Shown piece by piece: positions 36,170 to 45,061 of a stretch of DNA of 46,376 bases. Origin of the DNA: a virus (taxonomy: Duplodnaviria; Caudoviricetes). Location: positions 1-46,376 of the IMG/VR virus record IMGVR_UViG_3300032212_000692; one strand, 5' to 3'. Numbering within the stretch: the stretch's first letter is position 1; each line of letters starts with the position of its first letter. Under the pieces are notes generated by a model that had not been told where the DNA came from, did no database searches, and worked only from the letters and a program-made list of their open reading frames with translations. A program made the translations under genes and the position numbers.

Positions 36170-36257
36170 GTAAAGAAATCGTAAGCGCGCGGATTGTCTG
36201 TTAACCATCTGAAAAGAATAAACTTATTGACTTGGCGAACGGTCTCTGGCATACATT
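36170..36257 (+). promoter_or_regulatory. putative GTA promoter with CtrA-like sites
   Basis: GTAA-N7-GTAA (36170-84), TTAACCAT (36201-08), -35 TTGACT (36227-32), -10-like CATACATT (36250-57). Confidence 0.5.
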
Positions 36258-36280
36258 GTGACATGCTGGAAGAAATGGGC

Positions 36281-36316
36281 AAACGGCCCCGGGGGTGACC
36301 CTGGTGGTCGTTTTTT
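36281..36316 (+). terminator. intrinsic terminator-like hairpin in the GTA leader
   Basis: AAACGGCC-CCGGGGGTGACCCTGG-TGGTCG followed by TTTTTT. Confidence 0.6.
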
Positions 36317-36366
36317 CGTTTCTGCTCGTGCGGGTTTTATTTGAACGCACGGGGACGACGCAAATT

Positions 36367-36708
36367 ATGACGACAAATTCGGAACTGGATGCCGCGCGGG
36401 CCGAGCGATTGCTGGGCCGTGCATTGACCGCTTTTGAAACGGCGCAGGAGGTGCTGGATCGGGCGGTTGAGAAGCTGAAGTCTGAGGAAAAGATCTCGGG
36501 GACGGATCTGACCAAGGATATCAGGGAGATGAACAACGCCTTTGTGATGGCGTTGAGCCTGGAGGAGAAGGCCCGTGTCGCAGGTGGGAAAACACGAGCC
36601 GGGGCGGCAAGCCTCGATCTTGAGGCGGCCCGGGCTGAAATCGGGTGCCGGTTGGCTTGCCTCAGAGCCGCCAGCGGCAGCGGAGGCTTTTCTGGCGGGG
36701 CTGAGTGA
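36367..36708 (+). CDS. GTA g1 small terminase
   Basis: C-terminal LDLEAARAEIGCRLACLR signature. Confidence 0.85.
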   Translation: MTTNSELDAARAERLLGRALTAFETAQEVLDRAVEKLKSEEKISGTDLTKDIREMNNAFVMALSLEEKARVAGGKTRAGAASLDLEAARAEIGCRLACLRAASGSGGFSGGAE

Positions 36709-37978
36709 CGAGGCCCTGGCGGCGTTGCCCTGGCTCTTTGAGTTTTGGGCGCTGCCGCATCAATTGCCCCCCGAGGGCAACTGGTGGGCCTGGGTGATCA
36801 TGGGTGGGCGCGGCGCGGGCAAGACCCGCGCCGGGGCCGAATGGGTGCGCAGCATGGTTGAAGGCGCGGGGCCCGATGATCCGGGCCGGGCGCGACGGGT
36901 GGCTTTGGTGGGCGAGACCTATGACCAGGCGCTGGCGGTGATGGTAAAGGGGGAAAGCGGGATATTGGCCTGTTCGCCCCCCGATCGCGCGCCGCGCTGG
37001 GTGGCGGGCGAGCGGATGCTGATCTGGCCCAACGGGGCCGAGGCGCGGCTTTATTCGGCGCATGATCCGGAGGCATTGCGGGGCCCGCAATTTGACGCGG
37101 CATGGGTTGATGAACTGGCGAAATGGAAGCGCGCCGAGGAGACCTGGGACATGCTGCAATTCGGCCTCCGACTGGGGAGTGATCCGCGCCAGGTGGTGAC
37201 GACGACGCCGCGCAATGTGCAGGTGCTGAAGGATCTGCTGGCGCGGGAGACGACGGAGATGACGCATGCGCCGACTGAGGCGAACCGGGCCTATCTGGCC
37301 GATAGTTTTCTGCAGGATGTGCGGCAACGTTATGGCGACACGAAACTGGGCCGGCAGGAGCTGGACGGTGAGTTGGTCGAGGATATGGAAGGCGCGTTGT
37401 GGGCACGGGCGGCGATCGACGCGGCCCGTGTGAGTGCGGTGCCGGGTGGCGCGCGGGTGACCGTGGCTGTCGATCCGCCGGTGACGGGGCACAAGGGATC
37501 GGATGCTTGCGGGATCGTGGTTGTGGGCGTGGTTCAGAGCGGGCCACCGAAAGACTGGCACGCGGTGGTGATCGAGGATTGTTCGGTCCAGGGCGTATCG
37601 GCGCATCAATGGGCGGAGCGCGCCGTGGCGGCCTATGAGCGCCACGGGGCCGCGCGGATGGTGGCCGAGGTCAATCAGGGCGGCGATCTGGTGCTGGATG
37701 CGGTGCGCGCGATTGACCCGCTGGTCAATGTGCAATCGGTACGTGCCTCACGCGGGAAAGTGGCGCGGGCCGAGCCGGTGGCGGCGTTATATGAACAGGG
37801 CCGTGTGGCGCATATGCCGGGGCTGACGGCGCTGGAGGACGAAATGGCCCGGATGACGATGACCGGCTATCATGGGCGGGGCAGCCCGGACCGGGTCGAT
37901 GCGCTGGTCTGGGCATTGACCGATGGCATGATCGTACCGGCGCGGGCCGTGGCGCGGCCGGGACTGCGCCAGATCTGA
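36575..37978 (+). CDS. GTA g2 large terminase (start uncertain: GTG 36575 or TTG 36620)
   Basis: MGGRGAGKTRAGAEW, LRGPQFDAAWVDE, AVDPP, SPDRVDALVWA. Confidence 0.93.
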   Translation: MSQVGKHEPGRQASILRRPGLKSGAGWLASEPPAAAEAFLAGLSDEALAALPWLFEFWALPHQLPPEGNWWAWVIMGGRGAGKTRAGAEWVRSMVEGAGPDDPGRARRVALVGETYDQALAVMVKGESGILACSPPDRAPRWVAGERMLIWPNGAEARLYSAHDPEALRGPQFDAAWVDELAKWKRAEETWDMLQFGLRLGSDPRQVVTTTPRNVQVLKDLLARETTEMTHAPTEANRAYLADSFLQDVRQRYGDTKLGRQELDGELVEDMEGALWARAAIDAARVSAVPGGARVTVAVDPPVTGHKGSDACGIVVVGVVQSGPPKDWHAVVIEDCSVQGVSAHQWAERAVAAYERHGAARMVAEVNQGGDLVLDAVRAIDPLVNVQSVRASRGKVARAEPVAALYEQGRVAHMPGLTALEDEMARMTMTGYHGRGSPDRVDALVWALTDGMIVPARAVARPGLRQI

Positions 37979-38019
37979 AACTGTGAATCGAAACGCGGGG
38001 CGCTGAACCGCCCTGTTCG

Positions 38020-38052
38020 AGCGCCTCTGCCGGGATCGGCGGGGCGCTTTTC
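38020..38052 (+). terminator. terminator-like hairpin between GTA g2 and g3
   Basis: AGCGCCTCTGCCG-GGAT-CGGCGGGGCGCT followed by TTTCT. Confidence 0.6.
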
Positions 38053-38069
38053 TGATCGATCTAGGAGAC

Positions 38070-39248
38070 ATGGCTATGGTGTTGGATTTCTTGCGCAAAC
38101 CGGAGCCGGTTGTGCCCGAGGTGAAGGCCTCGGCGACGGGCCGGGTGGTGGCCTGGGCGGGGGCGGGGCGCGTGGCCTGGAGCCCGCGCGATACGGTGTC
38201 GCTGATGAAAACCGGATTTGCGGGCAATCCGGTGGGGTTTCGCTCGGTCAAGCTGATTGCCGAGGCGGCCGCCGCGCTGCCGCTGATCTGTCAGGATGTC
38301 GAGCGGCGCTATGAGACGCACCCCGTGCTGGGCCTGATGGCGCGGCCCAATGGCGCGCAGGGGCGGGCGGAGCTCTTGGAGGCGCTTTATGCGCAGCTGA
38401 TGCTGTCGGGCAATGGATATGTCGAAGCGGTGAGCCCGGAAGGCGATACGCCCGAGGAGCTGCATGTGCTGCGTTCGGACCGGATGGGATTGGTGCCGGG
38501 GCCCGATGGCTGGCCGGTGGCCTATGATTACACGGTGGGGGCAAAGACGCATCGGTTTGACGCGCGCGGGCTGTCGCCGATTTGTCATATCAAGCTGTTT
38601 CATCCGCAGGATGACCATTACGGCCTGAGCCCGATGCAGGCGGCGGCCAATGCGCTGGATGTTCATAACAGCGCCTCGCGCTGGTCCAAGGCGCTGTTGG
38701 ATAATGCCGCGCGGCCCTCCGGCGCGATTGTCTATCGCGGGGCCGATGGTGCGGGCACGATGACCACGGATCAGTTCGAGCGGTTGCAAAACGAAATGGA
38801 GAGCCACCATCAGGGCGCGCGCAATGCCGGGCGTCCGATGTTGCTGGAAGGCGGGCTGGACTGGAAGCCGATGGGCTTTAGCCCGCAGGATATGGAGTTT
38901 CAGAAAACCAAGGATGCGGCGGCGCGCGAGATCGCGTTGGCCTTTGGGGTGCCGCCGATGATTTTGGGCATACCGGGCGATGCGACCTATGCCAATTACG
39001 CCGAGGCCAACCGCGCCTTTTACCGGCTGACCGTGCTGCCGCTGGCGGCCAAGGTTCTGTCGGCGCTGTCGCATTGGTTGGCGGGCTATTCCGGTGAGCC
39101 GGCTGAGCTGCGCCCCGATCTGGATCAGGTGCCGGCGCTGTCGATTGAGCGGGATGCGCAATGGCGGCGGGTGGCTGAGGCGGAGTTCCTGACCCCCTCT
39201 GAGAAGCGCGCCATGCTTGGATTGCCACGGTTGGCGGAGGAAGAATGA
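38070..39248 (+). CDS. GTA g3 portal protein (HK97 family)
   Basis: NPVGFRSV, HYGLSPMQAA, NAARPSGA, FGVPPMILG. Confidence 0.95.
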   Translation: MAMVLDFLRKPEPVVPEVKASATGRVVAWAGAGRVAWSPRDTVSLMKTGFAGNPVGFRSVKLIAEAAAALPLICQDVERRYETHPVLGLMARPNGAQGRAELLEALYAQLMLSGNGYVEAVSPEGDTPEELHVLRSDRMGLVPGPDGWPVAYDYTVGAKTHRFDARGLSPICHIKLFHPQDDHYGLSPMQAAANALDVHNSASRWSKALLDNAARPSGAIVYRGADGAGTMTTDQFERLQNEMESHHQGARNAGRPMLLEGGLDWKPMGFSPQDMEFQKTKDAAAREIALAFGVPPMILGIPGDATYANYAEANRAFYRLTVLPLAAKVLSALSHWLAGYSGEPAELRPDLDQVPALSIERDAQWRRVAEAEFLTPSEKRAMLGLPRLAEEE

Positions 39249-39493
39249 GCAGCCGCGGAACGGCGGGCGGATCGCGGTTTCTCTATGACCCGTTCAACGC
39301 GGCCACGGCGCGGATCGATGCAAATGAACGGGTGGCCGAGGAGCGCTGGCAGGCGCTGGCGTTTCGGTTGAAGGGGATCGAGGTCGCGCTGGACCGGTTG
39401 GAACGGCGGCTGTGGTTGGCGGTTTTCGGCGCGGTCGGGGTGATCCTGGCCCAGGGAGTGAACGAGCTGATCAAGATGAGCTCTAGCGGATAG
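39245..39493 (+). CDS. GTA g3.5 head protein
   Basis: SRFLYDPF, LERRLWLAVFG; position between g3 and g4. Confidence 0.85.
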   Translation: MSSRGTAGGSRFLYDPFNAATARIDANERVAEERWQALAFRLKGIEVALDRLERRLWLAVFGAVGVILAQGVNELIKMSSSG

Positions 39494-39502
39494 GAGATTG
39501 GA

Positions 39503-40066
39503 ATGAATGGATTTTCAGATGCAGGGCTTGAAACAAAGTTCTGTCGTTTCGACGAGGCTCTGACAGTGCGCGAAGGCCATAAGATCGAAGGCTATGCGAG
39601 CCTTTTTGATGCCTGTGATCAGGGCGGTGACGTGGTTCAGAAGGGGGCCTACGCGCGCAGCCTGAAGGGGTTGGATGCGGCCGGGCGCAACGTCAAGATG
39701 TTATGGCAGCACGATCCGGCGCAGCCCATCGGGATCTGGGACGAGGTCCGCGAGGATAGCCGGGGTCTGTGGGTCAAGGGGCGTCTGTTGGACAGCGTGT
39801 CGAAGGGCCGCGAGGCGGTGGCGCTGATCGGAGCGGGTGCCATTGACGGGCTTTCGATCGGCTATCGCACGGTGCGGGCCACGAAAGATGATCAGGGGCG
39901 CAGGCTTCTGAACGAGGTGGAGCTTTGGGAAGTGTCGCTGGTGACCTTTCCGATGCTGCCGCAGGCGCGGGTGGATGCCCAGATGGCCCAGGAGGAAAAA
40001 GGGGATTTCCTGCACGAACTGGCGACGGTGTTTCAGGACGCCCGCCGCAAACTGGCGGCGCGTTAG
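39503..40066 (+). CDS. GTA g4 prohead protease (HK97 family)
   Basis: IEGYASLF, MLWQHD, GLSIGY, EVSLVTFPM. Confidence 0.95.
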   Translation: MNGFSDAGLETKFCRFDEALTVREGHKIEGYASLFDACDQGGDVVQKGAYARSLKGLDAAGRNVKMLWQHDPAQPIGIWDEVREDSRGLWVKGRLLDSVSKGREAVALIGAGAIDGLSIGYRTVRATKDDQGRRLLNEVELWEVSLVTFPMLPQARVDAQMAQEEKGDFLHELATVFQDARRKLAAR

Positions 40067-40100
40067 AGCCCCGCAATTTCAACCAAACCGGGATGATCGG

Positions 40101-41303
40101 ATGACCGAGACTGACACCAAGTCCTCGGGTCGCACCCCTGTGCCATCAGGCCAGGATGCGACCTATGAGGTAAAGATCGCACTGGCAGGCTTTTTGAGTG
40201 AATTCAGCCAGTTCCAGGACGACATGACCGCCAAACTTGCAAAACAGGAAGAGCGTATTTCGATGTTTAGAACCAAAACCATGACCCATTCGCGCCCGGC
40301 GCTGTCGGCTGCGACCCAGGAGGGTGCGCCGCATAAGAAAGCCATGGGCACCTATCTGCGCACCGGCGACGATGACGGGCTGCGCGGGCTTGAACTGGAA
40401 GGCAAAGCGCTGAACACGGCCGTCAATGCCGAGGGCGGCTATCTGGTCGACCCGCAAACGGCCGAAGCGATCCAGGGCGTGCTGCGCGGGTCCTCGAGCC
40501 TGCGCTCGGTCGCCAATGTGGTGAATGTGGAGGCGACATCGTTTGATGTGCTGATTGATCAGAGCGATATGGGGGCGGGATGGGCCTCGGAGGCGGCCGC
40601 CTCGACAGAAACCGCCACGCCCCAGATCGAGCGGATCACGATCCCGCTGCATGAGCTGTCGGCGCTGCCCAAGGCAAGCCAGCGCCTGCTGGATGACACC
40701 GCGTTTGACATCGAGGGCTGGCTGGCCGAGCGCATCGCTGACAAGTTTTCGCGCGCCGAGGCCATGGCCTTTATCTCGGGCGACGGCATCGACAAGCCGA
40801 CCGGGTTTTTGACCCATCCGAGCGTCGATGACGCGAGCTGGAGCTGGAGCAATCTGGGCTATGTCATCACCGGCGCGGCGGGCGATTTCGACGCCACCAA
40901 CCCGGCCGATGCGATTGTCGATCTGGTCTATTCCCTGGGGGCCCGGTATCGCGCCAACGCCAATTTCGTGATGAATTCGAAAACCGCGGGTGCCGTGCGC
41001 AAGATGAAGGATGCCGATGGCCGGTTCCTGTGGTCTGACGGGCTGGCCGCCGGAGAGCCCGCGCGCCTGATGGGTTATCCCGTTCTGATCGCCGAAGACA
41101 TGCCTGATATCGCCTCGGATGCTGTGGCCATCGCCTTTGGCAATTTCGACGCCGGATACACCATTGCCGAGCGTCCCGAATTGCGGGTTCTGCGGGACCC
41201 GTTCAGCGCCAAGCCGCATGTCCTGTTCTATGCCACCAAACGGGTCGGCGGTGATGTTAGCGATTTCGCGGCGATCAAGCTTTTGAAATTCGGCATCGCC
41301 TGA
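40101..41303 (+). CDS. GTA g5 major capsid protein
   Basis: EGGYLVDP, ASQRLLDD, GDGIDKPTGF, RDPFSAKPHVLFYATKRVGG. Confidence 0.95.
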   Translation: MTETDTKSSGRTPVPSGQDATYEVKIALAGFLSEFSQFQDDMTAKLAKQEERISMFRTKTMTHSRPALSAATQEGAPHKKAMGTYLRTGDDDGLRGLELEGKALNTAVNAEGGYLVDPQTAEAIQGVLRGSSSLRSVANVVNVEATSFDVLIDQSDMGAGWASEAAASTETATPQIERITIPLHELSALPKASQRLLDDTAFDIEGWLAERIADKFSRAEAMAFISGDGIDKPTGFLTHPSVDDASWSWSNLGYVITGAAGDFDATNPADAIVDLVYSLGARYRANANFVMNSKTAGAVRKMKDADGRFLWSDGLAAGEPARLMGYPVLIAEDMPDIASDAVAIAFGNFDAGYTIAERPELRVLRDPFSAKPHVLFYATKRVGGDVSDFAAIKLLKFGIA

Positions 41304-41468
41304 TCCGGCAGGGGGTGCAGGCATAGGATGCGCGTTCCGGCCCGGGTTCGGGTCGGGGCGGGCGGCATGGCGGGGTCCGGCGGCCTCCAGCCATTTGTCC
41401 TCCGCATGAGCGGTGCAGGGCCTTGCCATGCCACTTTCTGAGGCAGTTCTTTCGTGGAGAAAACACAC

Positions 41469-42053
41469 ATGATGATGGTCGAAATGTCCTCGGTTCCAAG
41501 CGCTTTGCTGCCGGTGACCGAGCTTACCGATCACCTGCGCCTGGCATCGGGTTTCGCCGATGATGGCAGCCAGGATGCGCAGCTGGAAAGCTGTCTGCGG
41601 GCGTCGCTGGCGGCGATCGAGGCGCGGATCGGAAAAGCGCTCTTTCAGCGCGGGTTTACCTGGTATCTGAGCGGCTGGAAATCGACGCAGGAACAGGCCC
41701 TGCCGGTGGCCCCGGTGCAAGGCATCACATCGGTCAAGGTGATCACGCGCGGCGGCGTCGAAACGGTGCTGGAGGCGGGGGCCTATACGCTGCGCAGGGA
41801 TGCACACCGGCCCACCTTGGAGGCGGCGAGCAGCCTGCCGAACCCGTCGCGTGGCGGGTCGATCGAGATCGAAATGGTGGCGGGTTTTGGGCCCGATTGG
41901 CCGAGCCTGCCCGCCGATCTGCGTCAGGCGGTGCTGATCCAGGCGGCCGATATCTATGAGGCGCAGGGCACCGGCGAGGCGGGTATTGCCATGGGGGTTG
42001 CCGTGCTGATCGAGCCCTACCGCCCGGTGCGTATGCGGGGGGTGAGCGGATGA
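41469..42053 (+). CDS. GTA g6 head-tail connector
   Basis: HLRLASGF, AAIEARIGKAL, PADLRQAV. Confidence 0.88.
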   Translation: MMMVEMSSVPSALLPVTELTDHLRLASGFADDGSQDAQLESCLRASLAAIEARIGKALFQRGFTWYLSGWKSTQEQALPVAPVQGITSVKVITRGGVETVLEAGAYTLRRDAHRPTLEAASSLPNPSRGGSIEIEMVAGFGPDWPSLPADLRQAVLIQAADIYEAQGTGEAGIAMGVAVLIEPYRPVRMRGVSG

Positions 42054-42376
42054 TGCGGCCCAATCTGTCACGCCGCCTGTTGCTGGAGGGGCCGGTGCGG
42101 GCCGCCGATGGCGCAGGCGGATATAATGAGGTCTGGCGGCCACTGGGCACGGTCTGGGGCGAGGTTCTGCCGCGGACCGGCCGGGAGGCCGGCGACCTGG
42201 CGCGGATGGGGGCGAAGATCACGGTCCGTGCGGCCCCGCAGGGTGCGCCGTCCAGGCCCACCCCGTTGCAGCGGTTTCGCGATGGAAACCGGTTGTTTTC
42301 TATTGATGCGGTGACCGAAGCCGATGCCCAGGGCCGGTTTCTGATCTGCTTTGCCACCGAGGAGGAGGGCGCATGA
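42050..42376 (+). CDS. GTA g7 head-tail adaptor
   Basis: DGAGGY..W..LGTVW, SRPTPLQRF. Confidence 0.88.
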   Translation: MMRPNLSRRLLLEGPVRAADGAGGYNEVWRPLGTVWGEVLPRTGREAGDLARMGAKITVRAAPQGAPSRPTPLQRFRDGNRLFSIDAVTEADAQGRFLICFATEEEGA

Positions 42377-42783
42377 GCTATGGCATGACAGCGGCGTTAC
42401 AGACGGCGGTTTATGGTGTCTTGAGCGTGGATGCGGGGCTGGCGGCGATCGTCGGCCCGGATGTTTATGACGCGATGCCGCCGGGTCCGGAGCCTGAGAT
42501 TTACGTCACGCTCGGGCCCGAGAAAGTGCGCGACAAGAGCGATGGCTCTGAGGGCGGCGCGTTGCATGATTTCAGCGTCTCGGTGGTGACAACGGGGGCG
42601 GGGTTTTACTTGGCCAAGCAGGCGGCGGCGGCAGTGTCGGATGCTGTTTTGGCCGCCCCCCTGGCGCTGAGCCGGGGCCGTGCGAGCCGGGTTCAGTTTT
42701 ATCGCGCGACTGCCGCGCGAACCACCACCAACCGCCGGATCGATATCTGGTTTCGCGCCCGGCTGGATGAAGCCGTTGCGTGA
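42373..42783 (+). CDS. GTA g8 DUF3168 tail terminator
   Basis: ALQTAVY, YVTLGPE, LSRGR. Confidence 0.88.
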   Translation: MSYGMTAALQTAVYGVLSVDAGLAAIVGPDVYDAMPPGPEPEIYVTLGPEKVRDKSDGSEGGALHDFSVSVVTTGAGFYLAKQAAAAVSDAVLAAPLALSRGRASRVQFYRATAARTTTNRRIDIWFRARLDEAVA

Positions 42784-42822
42784 GTTTTCTAACGTATAAC
42801 ACTGATATAACTGGAGAATAAT

Positions 42823-43236
42823 ATGGTTGCTCAAAATGGCAAGGACCTCTTGATCAAGGTCGACCTCGACGGCACTTCGACGTTTCAGACGATGGCTGGT
42901 CTGCGCGCGTCGCGGTTGAGTTTCAATGCGGAGACGGTCGATGTGACCAGCCTGGAAAGCGCAGGTGGTTGGCGTGAATTGCTGGCCGGTGGCGGTGTGA
43001 AATCGGCCGCGATCTCGGGTTCGGGGGTGTTCCGTGACGAGGCCACCGATGAACGTGCGCGCCAGATTTTCTTTGATGGCGAGGTCCCCGAGTTCCAGGT
43101 CATTATCCCTGATTTCGGGACCGTCGAGGGGGCGTTTCAGATCACCTCGATCGAATATGCCGGAAGCCATGACGGTGAGGCGAGCTATGAGCTGTCGCTG
43201 GCATCGGCGGGCCTGCTCTCGTTCACGGCGCTCTGA
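42823..43236 (+). CDS. GTA g9 major tail tube protein (TP901-1 family)
   Basis: MVAQNGKDLLIK, GGWRELL, YELSLASAG. Confidence 0.93.
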   Translation: MVAQNGKDLLIKVDLDGTSTFQTMAGLRASRLSFNAETVDVTSLESAGGWRELLAGGGVKSAAISGSGVFRDEATDERARQIFFDGEVPEFQVIIPDFGTVEGAFQITSIEYAGSHDGEASYELSLASAGLLSFTAL

Positions 43237-43239
43237 GCT

Positions 43240-43554
43240 ATGGCGAACCCCTGGGCGGGCGAAGTGGCGCTGGAGATCGATGGCGAACGTAGGGTGCTGA
43301 AGCTGACCCTGGGCGCGCTGGCCGAATTGGAGACCTGGCTGCAGGCGGAAAGCATTGCAGATCTGGTTGAACGGTTCGAGGTGGGCGGGTTCAAGTCGCG
43401 CGATGTTCTGGCGCTGGTCTGTGCGGGGTTGCGGGGGGGCGGCTGGAATGGCGCATTGAGCGATCTGGCCAAGGCTGAGATCGCCGGTGGACCGCTGGAG
43501 GCCGCGCGCGTAGCCGCGCGGCTTTTGGCGCTGGCGTTTCGGCCGCCCCAATGA
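43240..43554 (+). CDS. GTA g10 tail assembly protein
   Basis: MANPWAGEV, LTLGALAELE. Confidence 0.9.
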   Translation: MANPWAGEVALEIDGERRVLKLTLGALAELETWLQAESIADLVERFEVGGFKSRDVLALVCAGLRGGGWNGALSDLAKAEIAGGPLEAARVAARLLALAFRPPQ

Positions 43555-43766
43555 GCGGCGCAAGGCCGTTTGACTGGCCCGGTCTGATGCGGGCCGGGAT
43601 GCAGGGGCTTGGGCTGAGCCCGGCGGCGTTTTGGGCGCTGACGCCTGCGGAACTGTTGCTGATGCTGGGCGATGAGCCTGGCATTGCGCCGATGGGACGG
43701 GCGGGGCTTGAGGCCCTGGCCGCCCGGTTTCCCGATGCGGATGTGAAGGATCATGGCAATGGATGA
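43551..43766 (+). CDS. GTA g10.1 tail assembly chaperone
   Basis: FDWPGLMRAG, FWALTPAEL, RFPD. Confidence 0.9.
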   Translation: MSGARPFDWPGLMRAGMQGLGLSPAAFWALTPAELLLMLGDEPGIAPMGRAGLEALAARFPDADVKDHGNG

Positions 43767-44415
43767 AGAAATTGACGGCTTTGACGCCGAATTGGGAGAG
43801 CTGGAGGCTTCGCTTGGCTCGGCCACGGCGATGGTCGCGGCCTTTCAGGGCGAGCTGCGCACGATGCAGGAGACCATGCTTTATACCGGCCGCGAGGTGC
43901 AGGGATTGAGCCGGTCCTTTGGCACCGGCTTGCGGCGCGCCTTTGACGGGGTGGTGTTTGACGGGATGCGGCTCTCGGATGCATTGCGCAGCGTGGCGCA
44001 AAGCATGGTTGATGCGGCCTATAACACGGCGCTGCGACCGGTTCAGAATGCCGTTGGCGGGGCGCTGGCCAATGGGATGAACGCGCTGGTGTCAGGCATC
44101 CTGCCGTTTGAAAGGGGCGGCGCGTTTTCCGGCGGGCGAGTGACGCCCTTTGCCCGGGGGGGCATCGTCAATGGCCCGACGAATTTCGCCATGCGCGGGG
44201 GCATCGGGTTGATGGGTGAAGCGGGGCCCGAAGCGATCATGCCGCTGACCCGCGGGGCCGACGGCCGGCTTGGCGTGCAGGCCCGCGGCGGTGGTGCGCC
44301 GGTCAATATCACCATGAATATTCAGACCCCCGATGTGCAGGGGTTCCAGAAATCAAAAAGCCAGATTGCCGCCCAGATGGGCCGGGCGCTGTCGCGCGGG
44401 CAACGCAATCGTTGA
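43753..44415 (+). CDS. GTA g11 tape measure protein
   Basis: PFARGG, GLMGEAGPEAIMPL. Confidence 0.92.
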   Translation: MAMDEEIDGFDAELGELEASLGSATAMVAAFQGELRTMQETMLYTGREVQGLSRSFGTGLRRAFDGVVFDGMRLSDALRSVAQSMVDAAYNTALRPVQNAVGGALANGMNALVSGILPFERGGAFSGGRVTPFARGGIVNGPTNFAMRGGIGLMGEAGPEAIMPLTRGADGRLGVQARGGGAPVNITMNIQTPDVQGFQKSKSQIAAQMGRALSRGQRNR

Positions 44416-44428
44416 GGGAGGCCCAGAG

Positions 44429-45061
44429 ATGGCATTTCATGAAATTCGCTTTCCCGCCAATCTGAGCTTTGGCTCGGTCGGCGGGCCCGAACGGCGCACC
44501 GAGGTGGTGACGCTGGCCAACGGGTTCGAGGAACGCAACACCCCCTGGGCGCATTCGCGCCGCCGCTATGATGCGGGCGTGGGGATGCGATCGCTGGACG
44601 ATATCGAGGCGCTGATCGCGTTTTTCGAAGCAAGGCGCGGGCAATTGCACGGGTTTCGCTGGAAGGATTGGTCGGATTACAAGGGCACCGCGCCCTCCAA
44701 GCCTTTGCATTACAGGGATAATGTAATCGGTATAGGCGATGGCGAAACCAAGGTTTTTCAGCTGACCAAGCTCTACCGATCAGGGGCCGAAACCTATGCG
44801 CGCCCGATCACCAAACCCGTGGATGGCAGCGTCTTGGCGGGGCTGGACGAGGCGGAGCTGGTCTATCGGACGCATTTCGATGTCGATCATGCGACCGGGC
44901 TGATCAGTTTCAACGACGCGCCCGATGAGGGTGTGGAGGTGGCGGCGAGCTTTGAGTTCGACGTGCCGGTGCGGTTCGATATCGACCGGATCCAGACCTC
45001 ATTGGCCAGTTTCCAGGCGGGCGACGCGCCGGATGTGCCGGTTGTGGAGATCCGGGTATGA
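44429..45061 (+). CDS. GTA g12 DUF2460 distal tail protein
   Basis: MAFHEIRFP, FFEARRG, FEFDVPVRFD. Confidence 0.92.
   Translation: MAFHEIRFPANLSFGSVGGPERRTEVVTLANGFEERNTPWAHSRRRYDAGVGMRSLDDIEALIAFFEARRGQLHGFRWKDWSDYKGTAPSKPLHYRDNVIGIGDGETKVFQLTKLYRSGAETYARPITKPVDGSVLAGLDEAELVYRTHFDVDHATGLISFNDAPDEGVEVAASFEFDVPVRFDIDRIQTSLASFQAGDAPDVPVVEIRV

Noticed and set aside
35828-36282. Small ORFs in the phage end / GTA promoter region
   Set aside because: No RBS or motifs, and they overlap end repeats and promoter elements.
36584-36596. GGGAAAA slippery site fusing GTA g1 and g2
   Set aside because: g2 is in the +1 frame relative to g1, so a -1 slip would not join them; a simple overlap with a GTG/TTG start is sufficient.
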